From: Chiloscyllium plagiosum
Lineage: Eukaryota
Assembly: GCF_004010195.1 (NCBI RefSeq)
Contig: NC_057719.1
Location: 11,541,047-11,601,913 of the forward strand
Length of the DNA: 60,867 nucleotides
Direction of reading: 5' to 3'
Below, piece by piece: positions 12,040-23,199 of the stretch. Every line of letters begins with the position of its first letter. Positions within the stretch are counted from its first letter, which is position 1. The position numbers and the translations under genes were made by a program. The notes below the pieces were generated by a model. The model saw nothing but the letters and a program-made list of their open reading frames with translations, made no database searches and was not told where the DNA came from.

Positions 12040-12625
12040 AGAGGAGTTATAGAATCACATATTGCAAAAGTGGCCCTTCAGCCCATCAGGTCTGCACCCA
12101 CATGTGAGAAACACCTGATCTTCAACCTGATCCTATTTACCAGCCCTTGGCCTATAACCTGAATGTTACAACTTGCCAAGTGCTCATCCAGGTACTTTTT
12201 CAAGGATGTGAGGCAACTTGTCTCTACCACCCTCTCAGGCAGCGCATTCCAAACTGTCACAACTTTCTGGGTGAAAAAGGTTTTCCTCACACACAATGCC
12301 TCACTTTGAATCTGCGCCTCGTCGTAATCGACCCTTCAACTAAGAAGAACAGTGGCTCCTTGTCCACTCTGTCCATGCCCCTCATAACTTTGTACACCTC
12401 AATCAGATCACCCCCTCAGTCTTCTATGCTCCAATGATAACAACCTAGGCTTTTGCCACTTTTCCTCATCTCTTAAATATTCCATCCCAGGCTGCATCCT
12501 GGTGAATTTACTGTGCAAACCCTCCAAGTGTGATCACACCCTTCCTGTAATGTGTCGACCAGAATTGCTTACAGTACTCTAGCTCTAGTCTCACCAAAGC
12601 TCTGTACACTTTCAACATGACCTAA
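12040..12625 (-). mobile_element. Older CR1 3' fragment
   Basis: ORF: FFTQKVVTVWNALPERVVE...KKYLDEHL. Confidence 0.8.
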
Positions 12626-12865
12626 GCAGTCTTAGCAATGGAATGTATCCAATATTCTTCATTAAAGCAAACTACATTACCAAAAAAAACGCAAAAGAAT
12701 CTTACCCACGCAATGCTTATAATCGAATTGATGTGGACTTGTCCAGAGGCCAGAACACCCTGCTCTGCCTCAGCTTCTCATTGACTAATCATTGTCTTCC
12801 CCCAGCTTGCTAAATTTCCACTGGAAGTAAGCTGTACTTCCACTGTTGCTATTGGTAATGTCGAA

Positions 12866-13925
12866 GACAGAGGGTGGTGTTGGAAAGTTGCTTTTCAGAT
12901 TGGAGGCCTGTGACCAGTGGTGTGTCACAAGGATTGGTGTTGGGTTCACTGTTTTTTGTCATTTATATAAATGATTTGGATGTGAACATAGGAGGTATGG
13001 TTAGTAGGTTTGCAGATGGCACCAAAACTGGAAGTGTAGTAGACAGCGAAGAAGGTTATCTCAGAGTACAATGGGATCTTGATCAGATGGGCCAATGGGC
13101 TGAGGAGTGGCAGATGGAGTTTAATTCGGATAAATGTGAAGTGCTGCATTTTGGAAAGGCAAATCAGGACAGGACTTATACACTTAATGGTAAGGTCTTG
13201 GAGAATGTTGTTGAACAAAGAGACCCTGGAGGACAGCTCCATAGTTCCTTGAAAGTGAAATTGTAGGTAGGTAGGATAGTGAAAAAGGCGTTTGGTAAGC
13301 TTTCCTTTATTGGTCAGAGCATTGACGATAGGTGTTGGGTGGTCATGCTAAGGCTGCACAGGACATTGGTTAGGTCACTTTTGGAATATTGCAGGCAATT
13401 CTGGTGTCCTTCCTATTGGAAAGATGTTGTGATATTTGAAAGGGTTTAGAAAAGCTTTACAAGGATATTGCCAAGGTTGGAGGTTTGAGCTATAGGGAGA
13501 GGCTGAATAGGCTGGGGCTGTTTTCCCTGGATCATCAGAGGCTGAGGGGTGATCTTATAGAGGTTTATAAAATCATGAGGGACGTGGATAGGGTAAGTAA
13601 ACAAGTCTTTTCCGTAGGGTGAGGGAGTCCAAAACTACAGGATGTAGGTTTAAGGATTGAGGGGAAAGATATAAAAGGGACCTAAGGGACACCTTTTTCA
13701 CACAGAGGGTGGTGTGTATACCAAATGAGCTGCCAGAGGAAGTGGTGGAGGCAGGTACAGTTACAATATTTATAAGGCATCTGGATGGGTATATGAGTAG
13801 GAAGGGTTTAGAGGGATATGGGCTAAATGCTGGCAAATGAGACTAGATTTATTTTGGATATCTGGTTGGCATGGATGAGTTGGACCAAAAGGTCTGTTTC
13901 TGTACTGTACAGCTCTATGACTATT
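12866..13925 (+). mobile_element. CR1/HER1 LINE 3' fragment
   Basis: VTSGV.QG.VLG..FVIYINDLD...FAD.TK, WQMEFN.DKCEVLHFG; CTCTATGACT tail. Confidence 0.9.
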
Positions 13926-14008
13926 CTCTTTGCACACTAAGTAGCAATGCATTTTATATTATCCAGGCTCCAGAAAATGATCAGTTTGTCAACTGACAAA
14001 CATCAGAT

Positions 14009-14211
14009 TCTAACAGATGAAAAGCTTAACAGACAATCAATTTTTCAATGTATAATTTCAGTTACATCACAATGCAAATTTTTGCTATAAATTCTGTGTT
14101 ATGATCAAGCCCTCCACAATCACCTGATGAAGGAGTGTCGCTCCGAAAGCTAGTGTGCTTCCAATTGAACCTGTTGGACTATAACCTGGTGTTGTGTGAT
14201 TTTTAACTAAC
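14009..14211 (+). mobile_element. PLE pLTR-derived element, family B
   Basis: TATAAAT at 14086, hammerhead at 14121; 14-bp TSD GACAAACATCAGAT at 13995-14008 and 14212-14225. Confidence 0.85.
14121..14155 (+). ncRNA. Minimal hammerhead ribozyme motif (family B), core intact
   Basis: CAC-CTGATGA-A-GGAG TGTCG CTCC-GAAA-GCTA-GTG; predicted cleavage after A14152. Confidence 0.85.
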
Positions 14212-14326
14212 GACAAACATCAGATATGTGTCATGTTTTCCACACCATTTTGATCAGTTAACTTATGAACCTTTGTTTGTGTTTCTTGGAAAGGCACTTA
14301 TCTCTTGCCGTTAATGAACTTCAACA

Positions 14327-14612
14327 GGGTGGCACAGTGGCTCAGTGTTTAGCACTGCTGCCTCACAGTGCCAGGGAGCCAGGATTGATTTCAGCTTCAG
14401 GCGACTGCCTGGGTTGAGTTCACACCCTCCCCATGTGGGTTTCTGCCAGGTGCTCCAGTTTCCTCCTAGAGTCCAAAAATGTGCAAGTTAGATGGATTAG
14501 CCAGGGTGAAATGGAGGGTTATGGGGATAGGGTAAGGAGCTGAGATGGGTGGGATGCTCTTTCGGGAAGTCAGTGCAGACTTGATGGGCCAAATGGCCTG
14601 TAGGGACTCTAT
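14327..14612 (+). mobile_element. HE1-type SINE
   Basis: GGGTGGCACAGTGGCTCAGTG head through GGCCAAATGGCCTG tail. Confidence 0.8.
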
Positions 14613-15089
14613 AAAACTTTAGCTTGTTGTCACTGTTTGCTACTTATAGGTTATCCAATCAACTATATGATATTCACACAGTACAATTTCATGACAATCA
14701 GAAATTCAGCTGATAAATGGTCCATGTTATGATATCTGATTCATTATGTTTTAGTTTAAATAAAACTTCAGTTTGTCCAGAGGTAATGTGACAGCTTAGC
14801 TCATTATTACTTGTCGCAAATAAGTACACACATTTCTTTGGTCCAACACACACACTTTAAAAACCACCGATTGCTTCCCAATCACTCAATCATCATCACA
14901 TTTCATATCTTATCTCCTTTCCATTTCATTCTAATATAATTTCATTTTACTTCATTTCAGATAATCCAGCAAATTTTAGATTTATATCTACCCTATCTGG
15001 GAAACTTCTACTTGTGTCTTCCTGTCCATTTGGATGGGGCTAAGGTAGGCTGGGAGTAGGTGGGATGTGGTGGCAATAGACTCTTGCAG

Positions 15090-15225
15090 AAGACACTGGA
15101 GAAACTCAGCAGGTCTGACAGCATCTGTGGAGAGAGAAACAGAGTTAAGATTTCGAGTTTGGTGTGACCTTTCTTCGGAACTTTATTTCAGATCTCCAGC
15201 ACCTTTGCAATATTTTTCTTACATT
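15090..15225 (-). mobile_element. PLE-derived element, family E-like, decayed
   Basis: CTGGAGAAACTCAGCAGGTCTG...TTTCGAG...GACCTTTCTTCGG; minus strand gives a decayed C.GAAGA..GGTC...CGAAA core. Confidence 0.55.
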
Positions 15226-15427
15226 TCAGAGATACAAAGAGTAGAGGTGGCTGGGGTACTCTTCAGGGGGTCAGTATGGACTTGATGGGCCAAATGGCCT
15301 GCTTTCACACTGTATGGATTCTATAGTTCTCAATGGATTGCCACTTAGCTGAGAAGAACAACATCAGTGAGGAATCAGTGCAGAAGGAGAAAGCTACATT
15401 TTACTTAAGAAGTCTAATGCCTATTAT

Positions 15428-15735
15428 ACAATCCCTACAGTGCAGAAAGAGACCATTTGGCCCATCAACAATCCTCCAAAGAATATCCTACCCATAGTCC
15501 TGTGTGGGGTTTTTAACCACGGCTAACACACCTAATCTCACGGCAAATTCGGGATACTTTCGCATGACCAATCCACCTAACCTGCACAGTTTCAGACTGT
15601 GGGAGGAAACTGGAGCACCCAGAGGAAACCCACACATACACAGGGAGAAGATGCAAACGCCACACGGTCACCCAAGGCTGGAAATGAACCTGGTGCTGTA
15701 AGGCAGCAGTGCTAACCACTAAGCCACCGTGCTAC
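15428..15735 (-). mobile_element. HE1-type SINE
   Basis: GGCAGCAGTGCTAACCACTAAGCCACCGTGC head (minus). Confidence 0.8.
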
Positions 15736-16572
15736 CTAATTTATTTCCATTCAATCCTTATTCATAAAGAAAAGAAAATTTTATTTCCTCCCTCTTCCGC
15801 GGTCATCTCTGGCTGAGCTGGTTTGAACCCAGAGATTAACCATATTTGGTAATAAAGTAATAAAGTATCTTTGTTACTGAAGCATGAAAGAGCTGCGTTC
15901 ATCTTACACAGCAGAGCTAGTCAGCCTCAGTCCCTGTGGAAAGTTCAAATTTTCTGCATGGATCATGAGGAATGAGCTCGAAACATAAAGTTCAATTTGC
16001 TCAAAATGACATTCTCTAATGTTGTAGCATGGAGCAACGAATTGTGACCACTGATTTCAATTCCTCCTTCATGGAGAGAAAGAAGTCACATTAAGGGCTG
16101 TGTCCACGTGACATTTGAACAAACCTTGCTCATTTTTAAATCAATACCAGAGATTGATTGTGGGTTCTAGAAATAAAAGGATGTTCGATGAGACAGAGGA
16201 TAATGCATGCAGGACACATAGTCAGACAGGCCAATTGGACTAAAAGGATCTGTTAAAACGAATACAGAATACAAGCAAAGGCAAACAGATGTCCAGACAA
16301 TATCCAGATGGCTTTTCTCAAATGATTCATGTGATATCCATCTTGTAACAGAAGGGCCAGAGGTACTTGCACTGAACAGATAGGGTTCCTTAAGTTTTAT
16401 GTTTGAATGATGGAGGACCTACATTTATATATCCCCTTTTATGATTTCAAAATATCCCAAATTGCTTTTAGAAACATAGAAAAGAGAAGCAGGAGTGGGC
16501 CTTTTAGCCCGCTCCACCATTTAATATGATTACAGCTGATCGTCCAACTCAGTACCCAGTTCCTATTTTCTC

Positions 16573-16690
16573 CTGACGAAGGAGCAGTGCTCCAAAGCTT
16601 GTGATTTCAAATAAACCTGTTGGGCTATAACCTGGTGTCATGTGACTTCTAACTTTGTCCGCCTGAGTCCAACACCGGCACCTCCACATC
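16573..16690 (+). mobile_element. PLE family B fragment
   Basis: CTGACGA-A-GGAGC AGT GCTCC-AAAGCTTGTG...AATAAACCTGTTGG. Confidence 0.75.
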
Positions 16691-17222
16691 ATCCCCTCCA
16701 CAGTCAAACCACTTTACCTCAGATAAGGAGACCAAATTTGTACACAATACTTTAGAAGCATAGAATATAGAAGCAGCCCTTCGAGCCTGTTCCACCGTTT
16801 AATATGATCACAACGGATCATCCAACTCAGAACCCTGTTCCCACTTTATCCCCAAACTCTTTGATCCCTTTATCCTTAAGAACTACATCTAAGTCCTTCC
16901 TGAAAACATTTAATGCTTGGCCTCGACCACTTTCTGTGGCAGGGAATTCCACAGGAAGAAATTTCTCCTCATCTCAGTCCTAAATGGCTTATTTTGTATC
17001 CTTGGACAGTGACCCCTAGTTCTGGACTCCCCGGTCATTGGGAACAACTGTCCTCATACACCATGTCTTGTCCCATTAGAATTTCATAGGTTTCTATGAG
17101 ATCCCCCTCATTCTTCTAACCCCAGAGAATATAGTCTTAACCAATCCAGTCTCTCTTTGTGCATCAGTCCTGTGATCCCAGGGATCAGTCTGGTAAACTT
17201 TCATTTATCCCCTCCATAGTCA

Positions 17223-17365
17223 GAGTCAGAAGTCACACTTCACCTGATGAAGGGGCAGTATTCCAAAACCTTGTGATTTCAAGTAAATCCATTGGACTAT
17301 AACCTGGTGTCGTGTGACATCTGACTTTGTCCACCCCAGTCTAACACTGGCACCATCACATCGTG
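17223..17365 (+). mobile_element. PLE family B element
   Basis: CACCTGATGAAGGGG... core; 13-bp TSD CCCTCCATAGTCA at 17210-17222 and 17366-17378. Confidence 0.8.
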
Positions 17366-17625
17366 CCCTCCATAGTCAAAACAACATTCCTCAGATAAGG
17401 AAATCAAAATTGTACACAGTACTCCAGGTATAGTTTCCTTAAGGCCTTACATAATTGCAGCAAGACAACCCTGCTCCTGTATTCGAATCCCCTCACTCTG
17501 AAGGCCAACATCCTATTTGCCTTCTTCACTACCTGCTGCACCTTTATCCTTACTTTCAGTGACTGGTGTGGAGGATATCAAGATCTCTATGCTCCTCCTC
17601 CTTTGCTAATCTATCTCCATTCAGA

Positions 17626-17850
17626 TAACAGGAGCAAAATACTACAGCTGCTGAAATCTGGACTGAAAACAACAAATGCTGGAGATCACAGCGGGTCAGA
17701 CAGCAGCGTGGAGAAAGAGAACGCTAACATTTCGAGTCTCGATGACTCTTCATCAGAGCTCTTATGAAGAGTCATCTAGACTTGAAACATGAGCTTGCTC
17801 TCTCTCCATGGCTGCTGTCTGACCCGCTGTGATCTCCAACATTTGTTGTT
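17626..17850. mobile_element. PLE inverted-repeat element, family D
   Basis: About 90-bp arms centred on palindromic GAGCTC (17756-17761); flanking direct repeat TCCATTCAGA at 17616-17625 and 17851-17860. Confidence 0.85.
17723..17759 (-). ncRNA. Minimal hammerhead ribozyme motif (family D)
   Basis: Minus strand: GCT-CTGATGA-A-GAGTC ATCGA GACTC-GAAA-TGTT-AGC. Confidence 0.85.
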
Positions 17851-17907
17851 TCCATTCAGACAGTGGTCTGCATTCCTGTTTCTGCAATCGCAGTTGATAA
17901 CCTCGCA

Positions 17908-17989
17908 GATCAGAGTCTAGATTAGAGTGGTGCTGGAAAAGCACAGCAGGGCAGGCAGCAGGAACCTGATGAAGTGCTTTTGCCCGAAG
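17908..17989 (+). repeat. 82-bp copy of 18550-18631 flanked by a 47-bp direct duplication
   Basis: Identical to the neighbouring family A copy; direct repeats at 17861-17907 and 17990-18036. Confidence 0.85.
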
Positions 17990-18099
17990 CAGTGGTCTGC
18001 ATTCCTGTTTCTGCAATCGCAGTTGATAACCTCGCATTTATCCACATTATACATCATCTACCATGCACTTTCCCACTGGCTCAACCTGTTCAGATTGTT

Positions 18100-18455
18100 C
18101 AGCAATGGGGTAATTTTGAAGTGTACAGTTGTACTGTAGGAACCCAATTTTTCACACAGCAAACTGCCACCAGCAGCAATAAGTTAAATGATCTGATAAT
18201 CTATTCCTTTCGATTATTTGATTGAGAGATATCCATTGACCAGGTCACCCTTGCACTTCCTGAAGGAGTGCTGTTTTATGCCCAACTGAGAGGGTAGATG
18301 AAGCCTCAGTTTAACATCTCATTCAAATGGCAGTGCCCCCCTCAGTATGGTAATTGTTGGCACTCCAGTTTGTCATTCTCAAGTCCTGGAATGACACCCA
18401 AACAACAACCTTCCAACTTAGAGGTAACGATGTTAACCAATGAACTATAGCTAAC
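18100..18455 (-). mobile_element. DeuSINE/SacSINE1-like old SINE
   Basis: GCCTCAGTTTAACATCTCATTCAAA...CTCAAGTCCTGGA...ACAACCTTC. Confidence 0.5.
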
Positions 18456-18457
18456 AT

Positions 18458-18980
18458 GGAGGGAAATGATGGTACTGTGGAAGTGTCACTAACAATCCAA
18501 GGACTCAGGCTAATACTCTTGGGCAAAAGTGAGGACTGCAGTTACTGGAGATCAGAGTCTAGATTAGAGTGGTGCTGGAAAAGCACAGCAGGGCAGGCAG
18601 CAGGAACCTGATGAAGTGCTTTTGCCCGAAGCGTTGATTTTCCTGCTCCTCGGATGCTGCTTGACCTGCTGTGCTTTTCCAGCACCACTCTCATCTAGAC
18701 TCTAATACTCTTGGGGACATAGGTTCAGATAAATGCATGGCAACTGGTGCCATTTAAGTTCAATTAATAAAAATCTGGAATTAAAAGCCAGTAACCATGA
18801 CCAGTTGGATTGAGTAACTTCCAGTTGGGAAGAAAATCTATCATGAACATGGTCTGACCTACGTGTCCGTAACTTCACTGACACCTCTGAAATGTTTGTG
18901 CAGGCCACTCAGTTCAGGAATAATTAGACATGGGCAGCAATAACCAGCCTTGCCAGTGACACCCACATCTTAGAAAAAAT
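18458..18980 (+). mobile_element. Second tRNA-SINE type, interrupted by a PLE hairpin
   Basis: AATAAAAATCTGGAATTAA...GCCTTGCCAGTGACACCCACATC tail. Confidence 0.6.
18524..18701 (+). mobile_element. PLE family A inverted-repeat element
   Basis: CTGATGAAGTGCTTTTGCCCGAAG core (mutated); 14-bp TSD CTAATACTCTTGGG at 18510-18523 and 18702-18715. Confidence 0.85.
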
Positions 18981-18996
18981 GTAATCAGCAGCCACA

Positions 18997-19215
18997 GGGC
19001 AGCACAGTGGCTCAGTGTTTAGCACTGCTGCTTCACTGTGCTAGGGACCTGGGTTCCATAATGAACCCTATACTAATAGGGACCCATAATGTCCAGGGAT
19101 GTGCAGGTTAAATGCATTAGTTAGGGTAGTAGGGGAATGGGTCTGGATGGTAGCTCTTCAGAGGATCAGTGTGGACTTGTTGCGCCAAATGGCCTGTTTC
19201 CAATCTATAGGGATT
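18997..19215 (+). mobile_element. HE1-type SINE, internally deleted
   Basis: GGGCAGCACAGTGGCTCAGTG head and GGCCTGTTTCCA tail. Confidence 0.75.
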
Positions 19216-19520
19216 TTAAGTATTCCAACGCTGAATTTAAAAAGGAAGGGAACCTTTATAACTTGGTATTTTTTTCCACATCTAGACAGGATTCTTATTA
19301 GGAGGAGCATTGGATTGGGAAAGTGTTACCCTGAAAGATCTGAATGGCAGCAACATTGTGTGTAAATGGTTCTACTGTTCTCGGCTGTTGTGATGCAGTA
19401 TCCAGGGAAGTGAGTAAAGCAGAAGAGAAACTTTTGCCTTTTTGACTGAGACAGAAAAACAGGTAGCCTAAGAATTTCTTTTTTTTTTATCTCCTTTTCC
19501 CAAAATGTATGTGCTCCCAG

Positions 19521-19689
19521 TGGCTTTTTAACAGTGACCAGCTTCCAACTCAGCATCTCAGAAACCTGGCTGTAGTTAATCCTTTATGCCTCAGGGGTGA
19601 CTGCCAATGGCCAGTTCATTCTGCTCTCCACAAAGAAAACATCGATGCCAAGTTTGAGAGAACGTTTCAAACCAAAAGGAATGTTTCGG
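19521..19689 (+). other. Candidate internal exon of an unidentified gene
   Basis: Non-repeat sequence with a polypyrimidine tract (19476-19500), CAG at 19518-19520, open frames, and CGG|GTGGGT donor at 19689/19690. Confidence 0.25.
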
Positions 19690-19829
19690 GTGGGTGTTAG
19701 GAATGGGGTTCTAGACCGTAGAGCTGAAGATGGGCAAGGACTTTGCCAACATTGGAACAGAGGGAGGGGTGCACAAGAAGCAAGAGTCGGAGGGTCAAAG
19801 GTCATGGACCTGGCTGATTGTAGAGATTA

Positions 19830-20300
19830 TGCAATTGTGAGAGCGCGAAAGAAGGCCATTCAGTGTATCGTGCCTGTATCTGTTCTACTACCTAGTGCCA
19901 ATCTCCCGAACTTTTCCTGTGTCTCTAGACACCTTTTCTATCCAAATAATCATGCAATGCCCTCTTGAATACCTCAACTGAACTTGCCTCCCCCACATTT
20001 CAGGATAGTGCATTCCCTACCCTAACTACTTGCTGTGTGACGAAGATTTTTTATTGTCTCACATCATCCTTACTTTATTTGTAAAGCACTTTAAATCTGT
20101 GCCCTCTCATTCTTTTCTTCTTTTACAAGTGGGAGAAGTTTCTCCCAATCTAATCTGTCCAGCCCACTCATGATGATGAAAACCATGATCAAATCGCCTC
20201 TCAGCCGTCCTCTCTGCAGGGAGAACAGTCCCAACCTCTTCAATCTATCCCCACAACTAAAGTTGCTTATTCCCGAAACCATTCTTGTAAATCTCGTAGA
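19830..20300 (-). mobile_element. Old CR1 3' fragment
   Basis: RFTRM..G...FS..DRL.RLGLFSL..GRLRGDLI.VF.IM.GLDR. Confidence 0.8.
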
Positions 20301-21786
20301 TAGACTGACACAGGACATCTGAGAACTAAACTTCTACTCTACAAATGGATCTGTTCTCCATCATATAAAAAAGGAGAGAGAAACATCATGGAAGGTGCAA
20401 CTAACGATGTACTCGGCTTAAACCAGAAAAGAGAAGTCAGAGGGATGAAGTTTTTTTTTAATTAGTAAAGGGTTTGATAGTATAGATATAAAGAAGATTA
20501 TTTTCACTTAACTGGCAAGACCTGAATTAGGATAATAGCTAAGAGATAAATCCAGTAAGATATGCAGGAGAAGCATTTTTACCCAGAGACTGGTGAGTAA
20601 GTGATACTCACTATTGCAGAGAGTGATTCAAATGAATGACATAAACAAGGGGTAGTGATAAGTTCGAGAGAGGAAGGAATAAAAGGATATCAAATGGGAT
20701 CAGATGAAGAGGGGCAGAAAGAGAAATAAATGCCAGCATTCAAGTGAAGGGGCAAATGGCCTACTTCGGTGCTATTAAATACAATTTCTGTTCAATACAG
20801 CGGGTAATGGGGAAGTTCACTGGTTTGTATCAACTTGCCTTCCAACCAACACCTTATGATTTTCCGTGGTGGGGAGTTTATACTTGCTGATGCATCATTG
20901 AAAAAAATTTGAGAACGTTGGAAACGAGAAGCAGACCCTCCATTGTAAATCCTCTGTCGCCACCCGAAACCAATTTCATGGCCATTGCCATGAAGTTATT
21001 AGGAAATGGGAAGAGAATTTTTGTGGCAGAGCTTCCTGAATTAGGACAGCAGGAATTGGCATAAAAAGCAAAACTTTATGGGTTAAAATCAGATGTGAGA
21101 ACTGGAAAGGTGTTGAATTTTGTATATTCCACAACTTTGTGTCGGATGTAACTATGTTTGTCCAAAGCCAAAATCTTCTGCACAGTTCGCAAGACATTGA
21201 GAACATATTTGAGACAGGTGTCCTCCTCTGAGCTACTTTGCACGGTACACAGGCACCAGCAGAGGAGTCAAGATGGAGTGTATGTCAGTGTGGGGACTGC
21301 ACAAATGAAGTTTGCTATTTACTGCCAGTGGAAATGTGGGAATTGATGTCAAAGGCCAGCAATGCTGTTATTTTCTGAGTCATTCACCAGAGACTCCAGC
21401 ATGGAGAAGACACCGTGTGTGTGTGGAGAGACACATCATTCTGTGTGCGCTCAGTCAAAACATTCCCACAAACCTGATTTATATTCCTGACGAGTAGGGC
21501 CTGCATGATGGCCTGTTAATTGCATTGCCTGAACAACTGTTACTGCAATGAATAATGGTTTTTGCATTTCTCGCACAGACTTTAACCCATTGAGTGCTTT
21601 CACTGCATCTATTTCCTACAGTCCATCCCCACCAGACACAAAAAGGGCTGTAATAAAAACTGTGGGCAACAAGCCCACTGAGGACCAGAAGGGTTACTTT
21701 CTGCAGTTTCCTTTCTTATCATTCTCTCTCTCTCTCTTTTTCTCTCTCTCTTTTGATGATTGTCCCCCTTTCCCCTCCTTTAAGTT

Positions 21787-22715
21787 ATAGAGTCATAAAG
21801 ATGCACAGCATGCAAACAGACCCTTCGGTCGAACTCGTCCATGCCGACAAGATATCCTGACCTAATCTAATCCCACCTGCCAGCACCTGGTCCATATCCC
21901 TCCAAACCCTTCCTATTCATATACCCATCCAGATGCCTTTTAAATGTTGCAGTCATACTAGCCTCCACCACATCCTCTGCCAGCTCATTCCATACCCGTA
22001 CCACCCTCTGCGTGAAAGATTTGCCCCTTAGGTTTCTTTAATATATTTCCCCTCTCACCCTAAACCTATGCCCTTTTTGTCTATTTATCCGATCCATGCC
22101 CCTCATGATTTTATAAAGCTCTATAAGGTCACCCCTCAGCCTCCGGCGCTCCAGGGAAAACAGCCATAGCCTATTCAACCTCTACCTATGGCTCAAATCC
22201 TCCAATCCTGGCAACATCCTTGTAAAACTTTTCTGAACCCTTTCAAGTTTCACAACATCCTTCCGATAGGAAGGAGATCAGAATTGCATGCAATATTCCA
22301 AAAGTGGCCTAACCAATATCCTGTACAGCCGCAACATGACCTCCCAACTCCTGTACTCAATACTCTGACCAATAAAGGAAAGCATACCAAACGCCCTCTT
22401 CACTATCCTATCTACCTGCGACTCCACTTTCAAGGAGCTATGAATCTGTCTTTGCTGTCTATGAATCCAAGCTGTCTTTGTTCAGCAACACTCCCTAGGA
22501 TCTTACCATTAAGTGTATAAGTCCTGCTCTGATTTGCTTTCCCAAAAATGCAGCACCTCACATTTATCTGAATTAAACTCCATCTGCCACTTCTCAGCCC
22601 AATTGGGCCCATCTGGTCCAGATCCTGTTGTAATCTGAGGTAACCTTCTTCGCTGTCCACTACACCTCCAATTTTGGTGTCATCTGCAAACTTAATAACT
22701 ATATCTCTTATGATT
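21787..22715 (-). mobile_element. CR1/HER1 LINE 3' fragment
   Basis: Same family as 6911-7876; ATAGAGTCATA tail. Confidence 0.9.
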
Positions 22716-22857
22716 GAACCTACAGGAGTTTGGACACCTGTCCTAATATTCCCCTTTGAGGTTCAGTATATCAGTTCATTATAGCAGCATGGGATGTTTT
22801 ACCAGAATATCAGGTGTTATATGAATGCTAGTTGTTATTGTTGCAGTAGTGGATGAG

Positions 22858-22945
22858 TGCTGAAAATGTGTTGCTGGAACAGCGCAGCAGGTCAGGCATC
22901 ATCCAGGGAACAGGAGAATCGACGTTTCGGGCATAAGCCCTTCTT
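22858..22945 (-). mobile_element. PLE family A single arm
   Basis: GAAAATGTGTTGCTGGAA...GAATCGACGTTTCGGGCATAAGCCCTTCTT. Confidence 0.8.
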
Positions 22946-23199
22946 TTATGAGTAACCTAGAAGTGTTAAGTTCAAATCCCACTGTAGTGAGTTATGGAAT
23001 TAAGTATGCGAATTTGGTCATTTCTGTGATTACCTAATCTAATCCCACCTGCCAGCACCTGAAGATCAAAATTGAACAGAAAAGCTGCCAGTAAATTTCT
23101 GTAAAAGACTCACCAAGTTAATTCTACTTTTGTATTTCAGGGTGTTCAGAGGGAAAGTGTGCAGGAACTTAACGTGATATTTGTGGGCACAGGCTCAGA

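Larger units (their letters stand above)
16476..18100 (-). mobile_element. Old CR1 3' region, partly duplicated and carrying several PLE insertions
   Basis: CR1 minus-strand motifs (GAATTCCACAGG, ATTGTACACAGTACTCCAGG, CCTCGCATTTATCCACATTATA). Confidence 0.7.

Noticed and set aside
19660..19689. Myosin II loop-2 similarity (KGMFR)
   Set aside because: Only 5 residues match, the following TVGQLYK is absent and no other myosin exons are seen
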